Notes: generated from the sequence alone by a model not told the origin. DNA of 64,000 bases from Lama glama (GCA_028534125.1 CM052817.1:50594001-50658000); one strand, 5' to 3'; positions 25,431 through 39,499 are shown, counted from the stretch's first letter. Made by a program: numbers and translations.

Positions 25431-27229
25431 CTTTGTTCATTCATTCATCCACTCAGTGTATCTTTTGATATCTTTTTGCTACCTGGCACTGTAGTGGTCT
25501 CCTTGGATTGAATGATGTACTGACAAATCTCTGTGTTCTCAGACTCTTGGAACAGATGCCTTATATCCATGTGGTGATAGAAACCAGATGGAATAAATCT
25601 TCTTTGCTGATGGTAACAGAAAATAAATCATTCCATACACCAAAGACATAAAACTAGGTGGCAACGAAGATCAAATAGACATGTTTAAAGCTTCAGCTGG
25701 ACAAATTCATAGAAATAATTTTTGATTAACTCATAGCTAATTGTTGTTTATTGACAATATAGATTCTAATTTTGGAAAGTTTTAGTTAAAAAATACATTG
25801 AAATCTAAGGAAAGGAAACCTTTTATTCTTGATGGTGTGTCTTGCACATGATAGGCTTTCTTTGTATATTTCTGGTTTGAACTGATTGTAAACAAATACG
25901 AAAATAATATAGACTACTTTTTTCATGCATATGAAATCATTTCTCTGTTAGTGTGTTATCTATTCTGTTTCATACAACTGCTTCATTCTATATAAACTAT
26001 TTTTAGTTCTGGAAATAACCTAAATCAATTTAAAAAAAAGGAAAAAGGAAAGAAAAGAAAAGAAAAGATAGTCACCCACACAGTAGATTCCACTTTATCT
26101 TTTGGATAAAATGATATTGTCATCATGTCTAGAGATAATTTTAGCCTTTCTTCATCGAATGTAATTTGTTGAAAATGTAGCCCCCAATTGAAATGTTTCT
26201 GATTACAATGTACATGTTTCTATGTAATTTTGGTATCTGTCATTATTTCTGTGAGTTTACTCATAAAACAATTTCTTTAAAGTTTTCATTTCTTTTGAGT
26301 TGCTCAGTTGATTTTTATAGATTCTTAAGTATCAGAAAGATAAAATCCCAATTGCTTGCCTTTTTTGGGTTTGCTGAAATTATTTTTATCAGCAATGTCA
26401 TGGTATCCAATTGTGGCTCTGTGTTCACTGTTCCCAAAATAAAGTTCTCATCAATACAACCTTTTGCTATGCTATTATTGTTATGGAAAACAGTCATTTA
26501 AAATATGTTATCCTTTCTGAGTCACATGGAATAATTTCCTATACATTACTGGCCAAGAAATGAAGAACAGAGAGGTTTTTGTCAGCCGAGAATTCCCTGT
26601 TATTATTCTCATTACTAATCTATGGTTAATGGGAAAATCACTCTCTTTTAACACCTGCATTTATCTTTAATTTTCTTTCACATATTTTCCCCTATAAAAA
26701 TCATCAGTAAATTTTGGGGGAATTGTTTTTTTCCACAGAATGGTAATAAGTCCTCATGATCATAAAATGATTTAGAGTTCATAAAAAGCTTTTCACAAAC
26801 AAGATGTTAGTTGGTTCTGTGAGATTGGTTAAGAGTGTTACATTTTTGCATGAATGAACAAAAGACTAGGAAGTTAAGTGACTTCAGTAAATATTATTTT
26901 CCTTTTATGTTCAGGAAAATGAAAGAGGGAACTTACTGAGTAAGAGACATGGGGCAAAACTGAAGACCTAATGAGAGGCTATGCTGGGAAGACAACTCTA
27001 TGATTACCATAGGAAAGATTGTTAAAGAGGTTTGAAATGAATGGTACTCTTTCAGTTATGTTGTAGAGGAAATAACACCCCAGAACATCATTTGTTTGTT
27101 CCTAGTTTATGATTTTACCTTCAATATTTTCCACTAAATGGGGCATATTGGTTTAATAAATGTGTTTCTTCAAAACAATTTGCATTTTATGGAAGACCTT
27201 ACTAGTGATTAACTAGTGAATGAGAAAAA

Positions 27230-27600
27230 TCATGGTTCACTGCTATTCAATTTATAGTGACAGAAAAGTAATACATTCAATATAGTCAAGAAAAAATACA
27301 AAGAATAATATGAAAATACCAGTATTTCCACCATTATGAATTTAAAACCATTAAGTTTTTCATATTTACCTCCCCTTTTGTTAATAAATGTATAAAAGTA
27401 TTTCAGATAAGGTTGAAATGACCAATAACACCATTCCCAGTCATATTTTTTGTTTCTTCTTCCCCCAACATAACTATGATAAAAATTTTGGTATATGTGG
27501 ATTAGTATAGTACATAGTATTATTTCTTTATATGTCTTAACATTTTGCATTTTTGCATAAATAGTATCAGTATTGTGCAGAATATTCTGCAATACAGTTA
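27230..27600 (-). mobile_element. Old L1 3' UTR fragment
   Basis: Antisense L1MC4/ME-like 3' UTR text. Confidence 0.5.
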
Positions 27601-27607
27601 GTTTTTT

Positions 27608-28440
27608 TTTTTCATTAAACAAATGTTTGTTGAATACATATTCTGTAACTTGTAACAGGCACCATTGGACATGAATGAACAAGTACAAATTCCTGCTTTC
27701 CATGCCTTTATATTCTAGATGGATGGAGGAAGAGAAAAAATAAACAAATGAACATCTACTGTGTCAAAAGGTGATAAAAAATTGTGATGAAAAATAAAGC
27801 AGAGTTAGGGAGTAGAGTATATCAAGTGGAAGTATGATGGTCGTTTTGCTATTACAAATAAAATGGTCCTTTACTGATGAGTTAAAATTTTATCAAAAAT
27901 CTTGAGGTGGATGTAGACAAGGGATGTTTGGGTTTCAGGCAGATGAAATTTAAGATGTAAATAAAAATCCCTGAAGCAAGAACATGCAGAGAGTGATGTT
28001 AATTCTGAATAATTGGGGAGAAGGGAACAAGATAAGAAAGGAGATTTCACAGAGGTTGGATCTTGCCAAATAATTGTATATTTATTACCCAACAGAACAC
28101 TTTAAGAGTGAGAGGGAGCATTATTAATAACTGGGTTGGAACAACAAACATAAAACAGAACTCCCTTGAGCAAAGTGGGATTTATAATCACTCTACACTT
28201 TAAGGCTTTAACTCAAGTTGAGATGAAGAAAATGCTGGTTCTTTTTAGAATTGTTATAACCAATCTCTAATTTAATGCGATCTTCCTAATTGTTGTGTTG
28301 AGAGGAGACTGAAAGAAAAAAAGACCATTAGATGGTTTAAGAGGCTACTGCCATAAACCTGGCCAAGAACAATGATGGCTTGTTCTAGAGCGATAGTAAA
28401 GGGTGTGAGAGAAGTTGTTGGGTTCTGGATTTACTGACAG
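27608..28440 (-). mobile_element. L2 LINE 3' portion
   Basis: ttcattaaacaaatgtttgttgaatacatatt...tgaacaag...cctgctttccatgcctttatattctag...gaggctactg...gatggcttg. Confidence 0.75.
28070..28194 (-). mobile_element. MER94-like hAT-Blackjack MITE inside L2
   Basis: The reverse complement tagagtgattataaatcccactttgc...tgttgttcc...ttattaataatgctccctctcactct resembles MER94. Confidence 0.6.
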
Positions 28441-28467
28441 AGATTTTTCTGTTATTTTTTATTGCTC

Positions 28468-28487
28468 TGTGTGTGTGTGTGTGTGTG
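28468..28487. repeat. (TG)10 microsatellite
   Basis: Read directly from the sequence. Confidence 0.95.
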
Positions 28488-28489
28488 AA

Positions 28490-29400
28490 CTGACTAGTCT
28501 TAATTCCAGGTAATAATTTTCTATGGAGTTCTGTAAATTTTGATTTCTATGTTTTTTTTTTAAATTTCTGGATACTAATTTTTTGTTGTTTACATGGTTA
28601 ATTTTTTTCTAAAAGTCTGTTCAAATATTCCAATTTTATTTAGAGTTCCTTCATTTGCTCAATATATTTATGAAAATTAAACACAACTGAGTTTGTCAAA
28701 TTAATAATTTACTCTCAGGTTATACTTTTTATGCTATTTGTATTGTTTCTGAGAAATTCCACCTGAACTCAAGATCATATAAATCTATCTTATATTTTAA
28801 TAGTTTTGCTTTCAAGTCTTAACTCTCTTAGGAATTTATTTTTGTCTGTAGTATATTCAGGTATCATTAATCTATATTTGGTCCATTTTTTTCTTATTAA
28901 TCTATTTGTCTCTGTGTCAATAAAGCACTCTTTTAATTTCATAGTTTCATAATAAACCATAATATCTGTTAGGAAAATTTTTCCCACTTTATTTTTAGTT
29001 TTTAGAATTGTGTTGATAATTATTTGTGTCATGATTTACCCATATGCATTTTAGTATCAGTCTTTCAAATTCTGTAAAAAAATTCTTCTAGGACTTTTAT
29101 TGACATTGAATGGAACCTTTAGATTTACTGTGGGAAAATTGGTATTCTTAAATACTGAGTTTATTACAGTCTGTCTATAAACATAGTGTATATCTACTTA
29201 TTCAAATCATCTTTTACATTTTTATTAACATTTTATAATTTTCTACATTTTTGTGTGTTTCTTATTAGGCTTCCTATATGTCTTTCAATTTTATTACTGT
29301 GGTACTTTTTCTTTTTCCTACTACATTTCCTATCAGTTAATTTTTTGAGACTAGGGATGGTATTAACTTATATATTTTAGGATATTTAGAATTGTGCTGA
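28490..29400 (-). mobile_element. Old L1 ORF2 fragment
   Basis: Antisense L1. ORF 28790-29032 (ILKTKNKVGKIFLTDIMVYY) resembles L1 ORF2 ILxKKNKxGGxxLPDFKxYY. Confidence 0.75.
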
Positions 29401-29442
29401 ATGGGACACTTTTGAAGGTTTTCCAGGTGAAATGCTAAAGCC

Positions 29443-29700
29443 TAGCATGCTGTAGTGGTTAAGAACGTGAGCACTGGAGCCAAATCACTGGTGTTCCCAG
29501 ATCTTCACTCTGCCACATACTAGTTCTCAGGCCTTGGGAAAGTTTTTAGTTACTTAACCATATTCCATGCCTCAGTTTCTTCATCTATGTGTAAATGGGG
29601 TTTATAGAGTTATTTTGAGAAGTAAATGTATTAATATATACAAAGTTTGTAGAAAATGCCTTCCACTTAAATGTCATATAAGTAATAGCTATTATAATAG
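29443..29700 (+). mobile_element. MIR SINE, near full length
   Basis: gtagtggttaagaacgtgagcactggagcca...ctctgccacatactag...gcctcagtttcttcatct. Confidence 0.85.
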
Positions 29701-30019
29701 TTATAATTATTATTTTCATGGGTTGTCAAAGATTATAAATGCAAACATTTGCTTTGTCTTCTTTAGAAAATATAAACTCTTTCTTCTATGTAATGATAGA
29801 GATGTTGGAAAAGTCACAACATGTAAATCTGTTTTAAATGGTCATGGATGATGAAATATAGGCATTAAGAAAGTCACCTGAAAACAGTGAATACATCTTT
29901 CAAAGACCATTTAAAACCACTGGTGTATTTAACTCCATGGAAATTACAGTACCTATTATTTGTATCCTCAATCAGGTAATTTATAATCATATGTTACCTT
30001 TGATCTTTATACCCTCTAC

Positions 30020-30720
30020 ATAATAATCCAATCAATATTGTGTTTATTCTTCCTTAAAATGTCTCCTTAACATCTTCCCTTCTCCACCATTCCCACCACC
30101 ACTTGGCTTTTATTATCTTTTGCATGGATAACTGCAAGAGCTTCTTATCTCTCTGACTCTATCTCTTTATCTACTAAATTTAGGCATATAACTAGACTTT
30201 TAAATCATGCAGTCAAGATTGTACTCACTATTTCTTATAATTCCTATCATACTGTTATTGTTACATATCTACATTACAGATTTGGTCATGTCCCTGATAA
30301 TATGAGAAAACTTTGATGAGATTCCATTTCTTCCAGGCCAAACTCCAAACCTTCTGGCACCATCCTATTCATACAGTCTCATTTCATGATCTCCCAGTCC
30401 CCTTACTTCTCAATACTGTTCTCTCCTTTCCTAAGAAACTCTGAAGTTTCATGTATCCATAACTTTGACCATGAAATTTTATCTGGGATGACTCATCTCT
30501 CACTTTTTCACTACCATTCAAGGACATTTTACCACCTAAATTGCTCAACAAGGATAAGTTAACTTATCTTTTGGGATTTAGTTTATATTTAATTTCCTGT
30601 CAACTTTTTCCTTCCCTTGTCATAATTATTCAGGTCTTCCTCTGTATTCAGTAACCTTCCTCACATTATATATATAGAATAAATATGTTTATATTATTTT
30701 TCCATAGAAACGCAGAGTCA
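30020..30720 (+). mobile_element. L2 LINE fragments
   Basis: CT-rich L2-like text (cccttctccaccattcccaccacc...gcatggataactgcaagagcttc; aactccaaacc). Confidence 0.55.
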
Positions 30721-33700
30721 CCAGTCACTATGTAGGCTGTTTATTTCAGACTAATATTTTATAAATACTTATAAGATTAATATTTTATAAATAGTAAAAT
30801 AGGTTATTAATATTTTAAATCATTGACATGACCTAAGTGTCCAACATAAAATAATTCATTGAAATCTTTTTCAGAGCATTTGGTTATTTAACAAATGTAT
30901 AGGGCTGAGTCTAGAACCAAAGCCAGATTTTTGTTTAATAACATATAAATAAAAACAGACTATAATCTTATCAAAATACAAAGTTTATCTGGTAATTTTG
31001 TCTTTCTTGGATGCTCAAACTTTTGTCCCATTATTGCCATTTTTAGTCTTACTATGATTGTTTATGTTGTGTCAAACCTTTCCTTGAGACATCAGTGTGC
31101 TTCGAACATTTTGAAAATAGTAAACAGTATATTTCAGAATTGCAAGAAAATTTCAAGGCATGTTTTGTCAACTAATACCTCTTTTCATATTCCTTTGTTT
31201 CAATTTCCTCAGTATTGCTAAAATGTAGGATCATGTCTATTGAATAACTGCTGAATTTGCTCTTCCATTTGAGCAAATCTGCAGTTGATCCACATGCCCC
31301 TTTATTTTGAAGACACATCTTGTTAAAATTGAACAAATAAAAATAAATAAATAAACAGACCTGAAATTTTGGTTCCAAATCTGATTTACTGTGATAAGTC
31401 TAGCTCCAGCCTGAATCTAATCCTGGTAATAGGGTTAATGGTAGCCCATGAGAACTTAACATTAGAAATAAGACTATAACAATCAGGTTTCCCAGTCAGA
31501 GTTTCTCTGTCATCTGCTTTCATTGCTTGCATGTCCATTCAGTGTCTAAACACATCAATTGTATGCAGGCACCCTTATGAGAAGAGGGAAATCTTTCTTT
31601 TTGAGTAAAAAATTCTCAAAGGTCTAGTGAGCAAGCCAGCAAAATTAGAGACATCAAACTCTTGTAGATCATTCCAGCTTGCATTATTGCCTCTCTTTCA
31701 TAAATAGCTCTTATTTTTAAAAAAAATTCTGTGATTTCTTCAAAAAATGTAAGTGTCTTATTTAAATGTTACCCAGAATAGGATTTTAAGAACTCAAAGT
31801 TTCGTCTTTTTTGGGCTATATCTATTGCACTGTTTAAATTAGTTTTAAGGTAGCATAGTTATTGGAGTTTGAGAAGATTAGGACAAAAATATTCCTTTAT
31901 TCTTCACATAAGTTCTTAACAAATTGATAGACGAATAAAAGACAGATAGGTGGGGGGTAAGGGGGTAGTTTTATTGCTTTAGAAATGTTGAAGAACTGGT
32001 TTATGTGAGGCCAAAATGTACTTCGTAGTGCTGAACCATGTAAATAGACAGACTGATCCAAGGCAGTGCTGAACAGCTTCCAGACCGCCCAGGCAGGAGC
32101 AAAGCCTTGTCCACTGAGCATTTCCTGTAGCTTGGGGCACATCAGGGAAAATAGTCTCCACAGGCAGGCGGATACTCAAGAGATAAAAGGAGGAGTCAGG
32201 TTAAGCTTGGCACTCCTGGAGTCTATTCTCAAATTTGCCAGAGCAACAATGTATTTATTCCTTTGGAAGGACTCAAATATGGGCTGGAGAAATGACTAGA
32301 GAGTTATACTAATTGATGTTCCTCCAAGCTAAGATGTATAGTCAGGAGAAGGGAGATTCACTCCAACAACATTTATCTCATTCAGTTTGTAACGTGATTT
32401 GCAGGAAGTAAAACCTCCTGAATTAGATGGGCCAGATTTTACTGCTGAGGCTATTAAGGTGGGCTTTGTTTCCTGGTACTTGCCTTCCAAACATGGTCTC
32501 CTCAGGACTGATCATCAAAACAAAAAACAGACTCACTAATCCAACTATTCCTTGTAACTAGCAGATTCCCTGAGAAAATTGATCTTAAATTCTACCTTAG
32601 TCATAATTTGATCAAATATCATTTTCTTGGTAGCATTAAAGAATGATAGCATTAGCTTTATGCATTTAAATGGCTCACCGAAGTATGGCATTTAGAGCAT
32701 TATCCTACTGAATTCTTGTTCCCAATAGTTTCAGTGTCTAAGGAGTTAGAGTTTTACCTGAACAATTTACAACCATGAATATTAAAATGAAGATTTTCCA
32801 ATATCTGTATTCAGCTTTTATTAAACTGATTTCACTCAGATCCCATGATTTCCTCAGCAGCTATGCTCTCTGAACGTCCACTTATGTCTCTCAATAGACA
32901 GATAAATGCTAGATGCTAGACAGATAGATGTGATGGATATTCTAGTCATGTGTAGATATTTTACCATATATATGCTTTGGGAGATTTTTTAAGGAAGAGC
33001 CTAAATGAGAACAGTGTTACTAAATAGCCTGTAATTGCATCTTTCTTAAAGAACAAGTAAAATAAACACTGCCCTTCTAGTCGGGCTAACTTTTCATACA
33101 AATGTGAATTAAGTGGGAGAAAAAGTACAGTATGAACAGAGTAGCTGCATAAAATCTCCTCCAAGTGTCTGCTCCTTCAATGGCGTGTTGTGTTGTGGTA
33201 CTTGACACCTTTTAGGCACACCTTTCATGACTTTCTGTTAGCAACTCACTGGTGAAGGTATCCCTGTGAAAATAATCACTGATATAAATTCCTTAAACAT
33301 TGTTTAGATGAGAAAGATTTTAAGTGCATTAGGGTGGGGGATAAATGAATCATAAAAGACATGTAGGTTCGACTATCTTTTCAAAAGGAAAGAGATTAAA
33401 TGTGATTGGCTCTCCTGTTTGCTGGGCTCAGCATCGTGAAATATGTTGAAAACTCCACACATCTAGATTTTGACAAATGAGATCTATTTGTTTTTTTATA
33501 TTATAGATTTCAAACTTTGTTTCGCATTTGTTGCTTTTCTTTCCTGTTTGCTTACTATTGCTTCAAGATGATACACATAACTTTAAAAGCAGTGGAGATT
33601 AAATCTTTTCTGGATGCTGAGATTCAGCATAGTTTTAAGACCATGGAGTTTTTTAAAGTATTCTTCTTTTCTTAGAAAGTAATTGCCCCATTAGCACCCA

Positions 33701-36229
33701 GATTATTATTCTAAATCCAATTTATGAGAATGTTACCATATGCAAATTATAATATTCTGCAACACATTAAATAATACTTCTTAATATGACTTATAAATTG
33801 CTTAAATATCTTTGCACATTATACAATCTCACTGTGGAATCATCCACTAACAAATACTAGTTCAAATATAGTTGGAGTTGCATAGAAAGTGAATAATGCA
33901 GCATCTCAATTTATAGTTTTAACTAGAATCTGATTTTCCCTTTTCTAAAGGCCCATTATACAAGCTTATTGCCTGGTAATATTTTTTTCTTCTTTGTTGT
34001 TCTTTGTCCCCCCTTGAGAAAATCATTTATACTGACATAGAAACACTTACTAATGGCTTTTAATCTTATGGATTGTATGGTTTTCAGTTTCTAGTGAAAC
34101 TTAAAGCTTTATGTAAAATGAAGTGGATGCTTTTTAAAAAATTCATGTGGTCTCACTTTCAATAATTACCCTTTTAAGTGGGTTGCAGTAATTGAAGACA
34201 GATTCAGTATGTTTATTACCCTCTTATTTTAAATCTCTTCTACCACATTCTAACACATATTTATATAAACGAAAGTATGGGTAGAAGAGAAAATTTGGAT
34301 TGCTATCACAGAAGTCCTCTTTAACCAATTTTAAAAGATCAACAGGAAAAATTAAAATATTTAGGGAAAACTGATCCACTTGAGTCAGGTCCAATGAACT
34401 ATTGGTATCTTGTAAAGAAAGAACTTCCTCTAGAAAATACTTATATCAAATTCTATTAAAAATTGTTAAGGTTTACTAATTTGATTTTTAGCAATTTTTT
34501 AGTTAAGAAATTTTAGTTATTTCTAGTTATAGGAAATACTTGGTAAATTTTAAAAGAATTATGATAGCTTTTTTTCTACTATCCTTCCTTTGTTACTCAG
34601 TTTCTGTTGTTACTAAGATTTCCGTGTGATGGCATTTATAAGGAAAGGTTCTACCATTCTGTATTTACTAGAGGAAGTCAAAAGAAAACAACAGAAATCA
34701 ATTTTTCTTAGGGAGTAGAATTTTTTCCCTTTATTCTTTAATGGCACTTTTTACAGGCAAGCTGCTCAAGCCCTTTGCACTTAAAAAACAAAATTATTTG
34801 GATCAAAGTAGACCCCTCATGGTTTTTCTAATTCTACAGAACATGAATGCAGATTTCACAAATTGCTGAGCCCTTTCTTAAGTCAAACATCTGTGAAGGT
34901 CAAGCAGTAAACTATTTAAATCTCAGTCCTTAGTTTCATTGTGTCTCTGAGGCACCTGGAAATGTGGAATTTTAATGATAGTATCTCTTCATCCAGATTT
35001 CAGTGTAATGGATTATGTTGGAATTTCTAAATTGGTTCTAGGTGAACATTTCTGAAATGGTCCTTCATTTTGTAGAAAGTGCCTGGTGTTTGTATTATAC
35101 TTGATTGTAGAAGAATTCCAGTAGTGTCACATCAACTGTGTGTAAATAAAAAGAAAGTAAAGTGACAAGTTAATAGCTCTGGGTGGATTCAGTCAAAGAA
35201 CTTGTGAGGTGGCTTAGAGAACCACTTAAATTATTAATAAAAAATCTAGGCTAGAGGTGATACATATGAACTAAGCTCTGGAAGACAAAAGAAGCAGAGG
35301 AAAGCCAGAAGGCAGTCTGCTAGGTGAAAGCTAACCATTTACCTCTCGATTGATGTTACAAATTACATGATCACGTTTATTTGATGACTGCATGGTTCTG
35401 ACACATCTGTGTGGAGATCAGGTTTCTAATCTATGCCAAGTAAATCAGAATAGGTATTTAACAGGGGAATTGTTATATGCTTTACCAATTTTGCCTTTTG
35501 GGACTCTTTAATGGAAGGGCAAGTTTGAAACATTATTTTTAATTCAGTTTATTTTGCCCCTAAATCACATCCAAAAGTAAGGGCACTTTGGCTTTAATTT
35601 CCTAAATTTATATTATCAAGTATCTTTTTATATCAGAGGCATGATAAAAACAGATAGATGAACTAATACCCTTTGACATTTTTTTTTTTTGTTCTATGGT
35701 TTGGATTCTAGCAGATGTTTGAATGGACAACACTGATTAGTATTCACTGTTAATAATTTGTTTTTAAATTACTGAGTAATAGGACTTTTTATTGAGTGGA
35801 GGCGATACTGGGAAATTGAAGGTAGTCAATAACAGGGTTCCAACAAACAGTAGTATCAGTAAAAAATTCTGTATCATCAAAGTAATAAAGCAATATGTAA
35901 GTTTAAAATTTTCTCTAAATCTCTAACAATGTAGGTATAATTTATTCTATGATTTTTTTAATGCTATGATTCTGAATCTTTATATCATTTATGATTCAGA
36001 TAACAAATCATGTCGTGTATGTTTGTGTGTGTTTAATTCATTATTTAGTTGCATGAATATTTTATTTTCCCAAATATATTGTAAAATCCTTGCCCACAAC
36101 AACTGTCTATTTGCTTCTTCATGTACTTCTATTTCCTGGTATAATACTGAGCATTAAAGTAGAAAAGTAAGTAGTTGTTAACATCTAACATTCATCAAGT
36201 TTTTTTAAAATGCTCAGTATTTACTTTAC

Positions 36230-36520
36230 TTATTAAAGACTACACTGAACCTATCTGACAAACCTTAAAAGCCTCAAAAGGCTCAATTATTTCTAAGAAA
36301 TGTAAGTGAATCTTAGAATGAGGCTGAAGAATGAAAAGAAAGAATATAAAATTTTCTCAAGGCAAAATTCATAGTGTGTAATATCAAATATAAGATTATC
36401 AGTCATGCAAAGAAGCACAAAAGTATGATCCACAATGAGGAGGAAAATTAGTCAAAAGAAACAGATCCAGAAATGACACTGATATATAATAAGTAGCCAA
36501 GGATCTTAAAACAGTTATTC
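36230..36520 (+). mobile_element. Old L1 ORF1-start fragment
   Basis: catgcaaagaagcacaaaagtatgatccacaatgaggaggaaaattagtcaaaagaaacagatccagaaatgac. Confidence 0.7.
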
Positions 36521-36544
36521 TGTTACTATTAAATGTAGGCATAT

Positions 36545-37290
36545 ACTTTAAACATCTTGGGTTCAACTGTTATTATGTTGGAAACCTTAGGCAAATTTCT
36601 CAACCTTTTTATAGTTTAGTTTTCCTCATTTGTAAAATGGAGATAATAATATTTCCTATTGTTACCCAAAAGGGAAACAGGGAAAATAAAAAGATTCTTG
36701 TCTTATGTGAAAGATAATATTTACCGATGGGAGATAGGAAATGTTGTGTAACAAAAAGATTTTAAAAGATTTATTTTGGAAAAGAAGAGTACGTCTCCAA
36801 GAGCGAGAGATGGGCTGATTCAAGGAGGAATCATGATGGTCTTTGTCTCACTTTTCTTTTATACCCTCGTTTAGAGGTGGTCTCTTGATCGATTGAGGGC
36901 TCCTGTCCCTGGAATGCTTAGTCATGTTTGGGCCCTTTGCTCCTGTCCTTACCCATGGTGTATACAGAAAAATCCCTGGGGGCCCTAAACCACAATATTA
37001 ATTATAATACAATGAGCATTGGATTGTGTCCCATTAAGTCCTTTCTGCTACCTGGTAGTCATGGCTGTGGGGTTTTAACCAGTTTCTTGCCGACACTCAT
37101 TTAGAAGTCAAGTCCATTTATACTGGAGGCGAGCTTACCACCATCTTCTGGAACATCCTTCCTCTCCTTCACCTACCTGCCTGGTGCCCCACTTATCTAA
37201 CTACGTTAGCACTACCTCTTAGGGCTATTAAAGGGAATAAAGAAGAATATATATAAATGCCATAAAACATGTTTCACATATAACTAAAAA
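36545..37290 (+). mobile_element. MIR split by an LTR (36545-36659 and 37212-37290)
   Basis: tgtaaaatggagataataatatttcctat [LTR] ctacctcttagggctatt rejoins to the MIR consensus. Confidence 0.8.
36660..37211 (-). mobile_element. ERV1-type solo LTR (552 bp)
   Basis: TG...CA ends with TSD ctat/ctac. TATAAAA (36857-36863) and AATAAA (36770-36775) on the minus strand. It splits a MIR cleanly. Confidence 0.85.
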
Positions 37291-39058
37291 ACCCCATTCA
37301 ATTTTAACTATATTTGTGGTCTCAAGAAACTCAGGTTATCAAAGAAGATTGCAGGAGACTCAATGTGGCATTTCTGCAAAGTTATGAATAAATGACATTT
37401 TGAAATCATTCCTTTTGGGATAATTTTCCCCAAATTATCTTGTTTGGGTGATCTCATACTGCTTGTAAACATAACATTTTTTTTTCTCCACTGCTTTTTA
37501 TTAAATAGGCACAATTGATAATAAAGAAATAAGATCCTTCTTGTTGTCTAGGTTAGTTCTTCAGTATTCAGGAGAACCCAAATCTGGATTGACTTGAAAA
37601 TTAAGCTTTTAACGATATACAAAGGGATTATTCACAGTTGTCTTTAATAATGACTTTTTTTTCCCCTCTAATGGTCTTTAAGAAACAAGTTTCAAAATTT
37701 AGTAGCATCAGATCCTTTAATTGGTAACCTACTGCCTGATACTTGGAAAAATTGGTGTAAATATTAAACAGAATGCAGAGCTGAAAGAATCTCAAACTCA
37801 GAGCTCAATCATTTTGATGGTTGTTATAAATGCTTAAAATAATATTGAGATACTGAGTTATTGAATAATGAGCTATTTAATATCAAATTATTCACTGAAT
37901 TGCTACTGTATCAGTAAACGCTATGTCAGTACTTTTCTAAGGAGTGCTTTTGTAAGGTCTTTCTAGTCATCGTTTCTTTCTTTTGTCCTTAACCTGGTGG
38001 TGGTTTGATCCTATCCAAACTACCAATCTTTCAGGTCCAATTCAGTTTTTATCTTCTCAACCAAGTCATCACTAATGATGAGGCCCTCCTGTGAACTGCC
38101 AGTACTTACTGCCTCAACCTGTCATTTTGAAATAATTATATACAGTTATCTGTTGCCTTTTCTAATATTTAAATTTTGAAATGCACGTTCTGACTCTGTG
38201 CATGAATTCAGTTCTGTAAGGGCAAGTTCCTTTTATTAGCATAGTACTCAGTGTTCAAAGTGTTGAATTAATAATTAATATCATTTTCAGTGATGGTCTC
38301 TTGGACAAATTCAACTCTGAAAGCACTTCACAAAATGCGCTGAAATACATATTCACTCTTACAGCGTCTCTTGGACATCCTAAAAAATGTAATAAATTCT
38401 GCTTTGAGAACATTTGACTAGATATCCTAAAATATATACATTCTCCTTTGTTCTTCTGAGTGGCTAAAATTATAACACACTTTACTTCTCCATGACCAAT
38501 AAAACCTTCATGTGATAGATACCATGCCAATCTTTTCCAATTTTGAATGCTATTTGCAATTTGGATAATTGCATGCCCTTGGGAAAGTACTTGATCAGAT
38601 GTCTAACTAAATTTCTTGTAAAAGTTATATGTTTCACAAGAAGAGAGAGACTATGCCTCCAACTCTTTGAAGATTTGTGTTTGGCATGCCCTTTGCAAGT
38701 CCCTCACTCAGAAGGAATATATATGAGATGGATCTCTGCCTTTACCAGACTCCAAAACTTTTAATCCAAAAAATACAAAATAAAGTTTGTCCATATGAGA
38801 GAGACACTGTAGATTCTGGGGTAGATGAGGTGGACTCCTGGTTATAAGCATTACAGAGTACACATTTTCGCTCTATCACTTTTTCGCCTAAGAAACATGT
38901 CAATCCACGGAGTTAGGTGGATGTATTAAAGAGAATGACAGGGGTTTTATTTAAATTCATTTAAAAAGTTATTTTCAAATTTTGGTATCTGAATTCTTGT
39001 TGGTTATATGTTAGTGCTGCACATCTCACAAATGATCATGACATGTGGTACTAGCAGG

Positions 39059-39499
39059 TGTTGCCAGAGAATAGGTTCTTACCTCATGGGTGCAGGAAAG
39101 AATTCTAGAGTGAGGCATATGCAAGTGAAACCAGGTTTATTTAGAGAGATACACACTCCATAGACAGAGAGTGGGCATCTCCGGAGGCAAGAAAGTGTGA
39201 CCACGAGGTGCAGGATTGTTAGTTTTTATGGGTTTGGTAATTACATATGCTAATAAGTAGGAGGATTTTTCCAACTATTTTGGGGAAGGGGTGGGGATTT
39301 CCAGGAATTGGGCCTCGCCTACTTTTTGACCTTTTATAGTCAGCCTAGGAACTGTCATGGTTCCTGTGGGTGTGCCCTGAGGCTCAAGGTCTACTGAAAG
39401 TCGAATCTTCCACCATCTTGGTTCTAACCAGTATGTCCTTCCTCAATTGCTGTGTCATTCCTTCAATGGTTATACCCTAACCTATTCCCTCCTGTCTCA
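39059..39499 (-). mobile_element. MER41-like ERV1 solo LTR (441 bp)
   Basis: TG...CA ends with a perfect 4-bp TSD, CAGG (39055-39058 and 39500-39503). AATAAA on the minus strand at 39136-39141. Shares gaccttgagcctca and a cacacccac..ccatgac core with the LTR at 4526. Confidence 0.9.
39293..39307. promoter_or_regulatory. Overlapping NF-kB (GGGGATTTCC) and GAS/STAT (TTCCAGGAA) motifs in the LTR
   Basis: Exact matches to GGGRNYYYCC and TTCNNNGAA; function untested. Confidence 0.5.

Noticed and set aside
27230..27703. 157-aa ORF, the longest in the window
   Set aside because: It spans an L2/L1 junction, is low complexity and AT-rich, and has no domain.
35780..35825. Possible camelid SINE tail remnant (tggaggcgatactgggaaattgaa)
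   Set aside because: Too short, with no tRNA-derived head or TSD.
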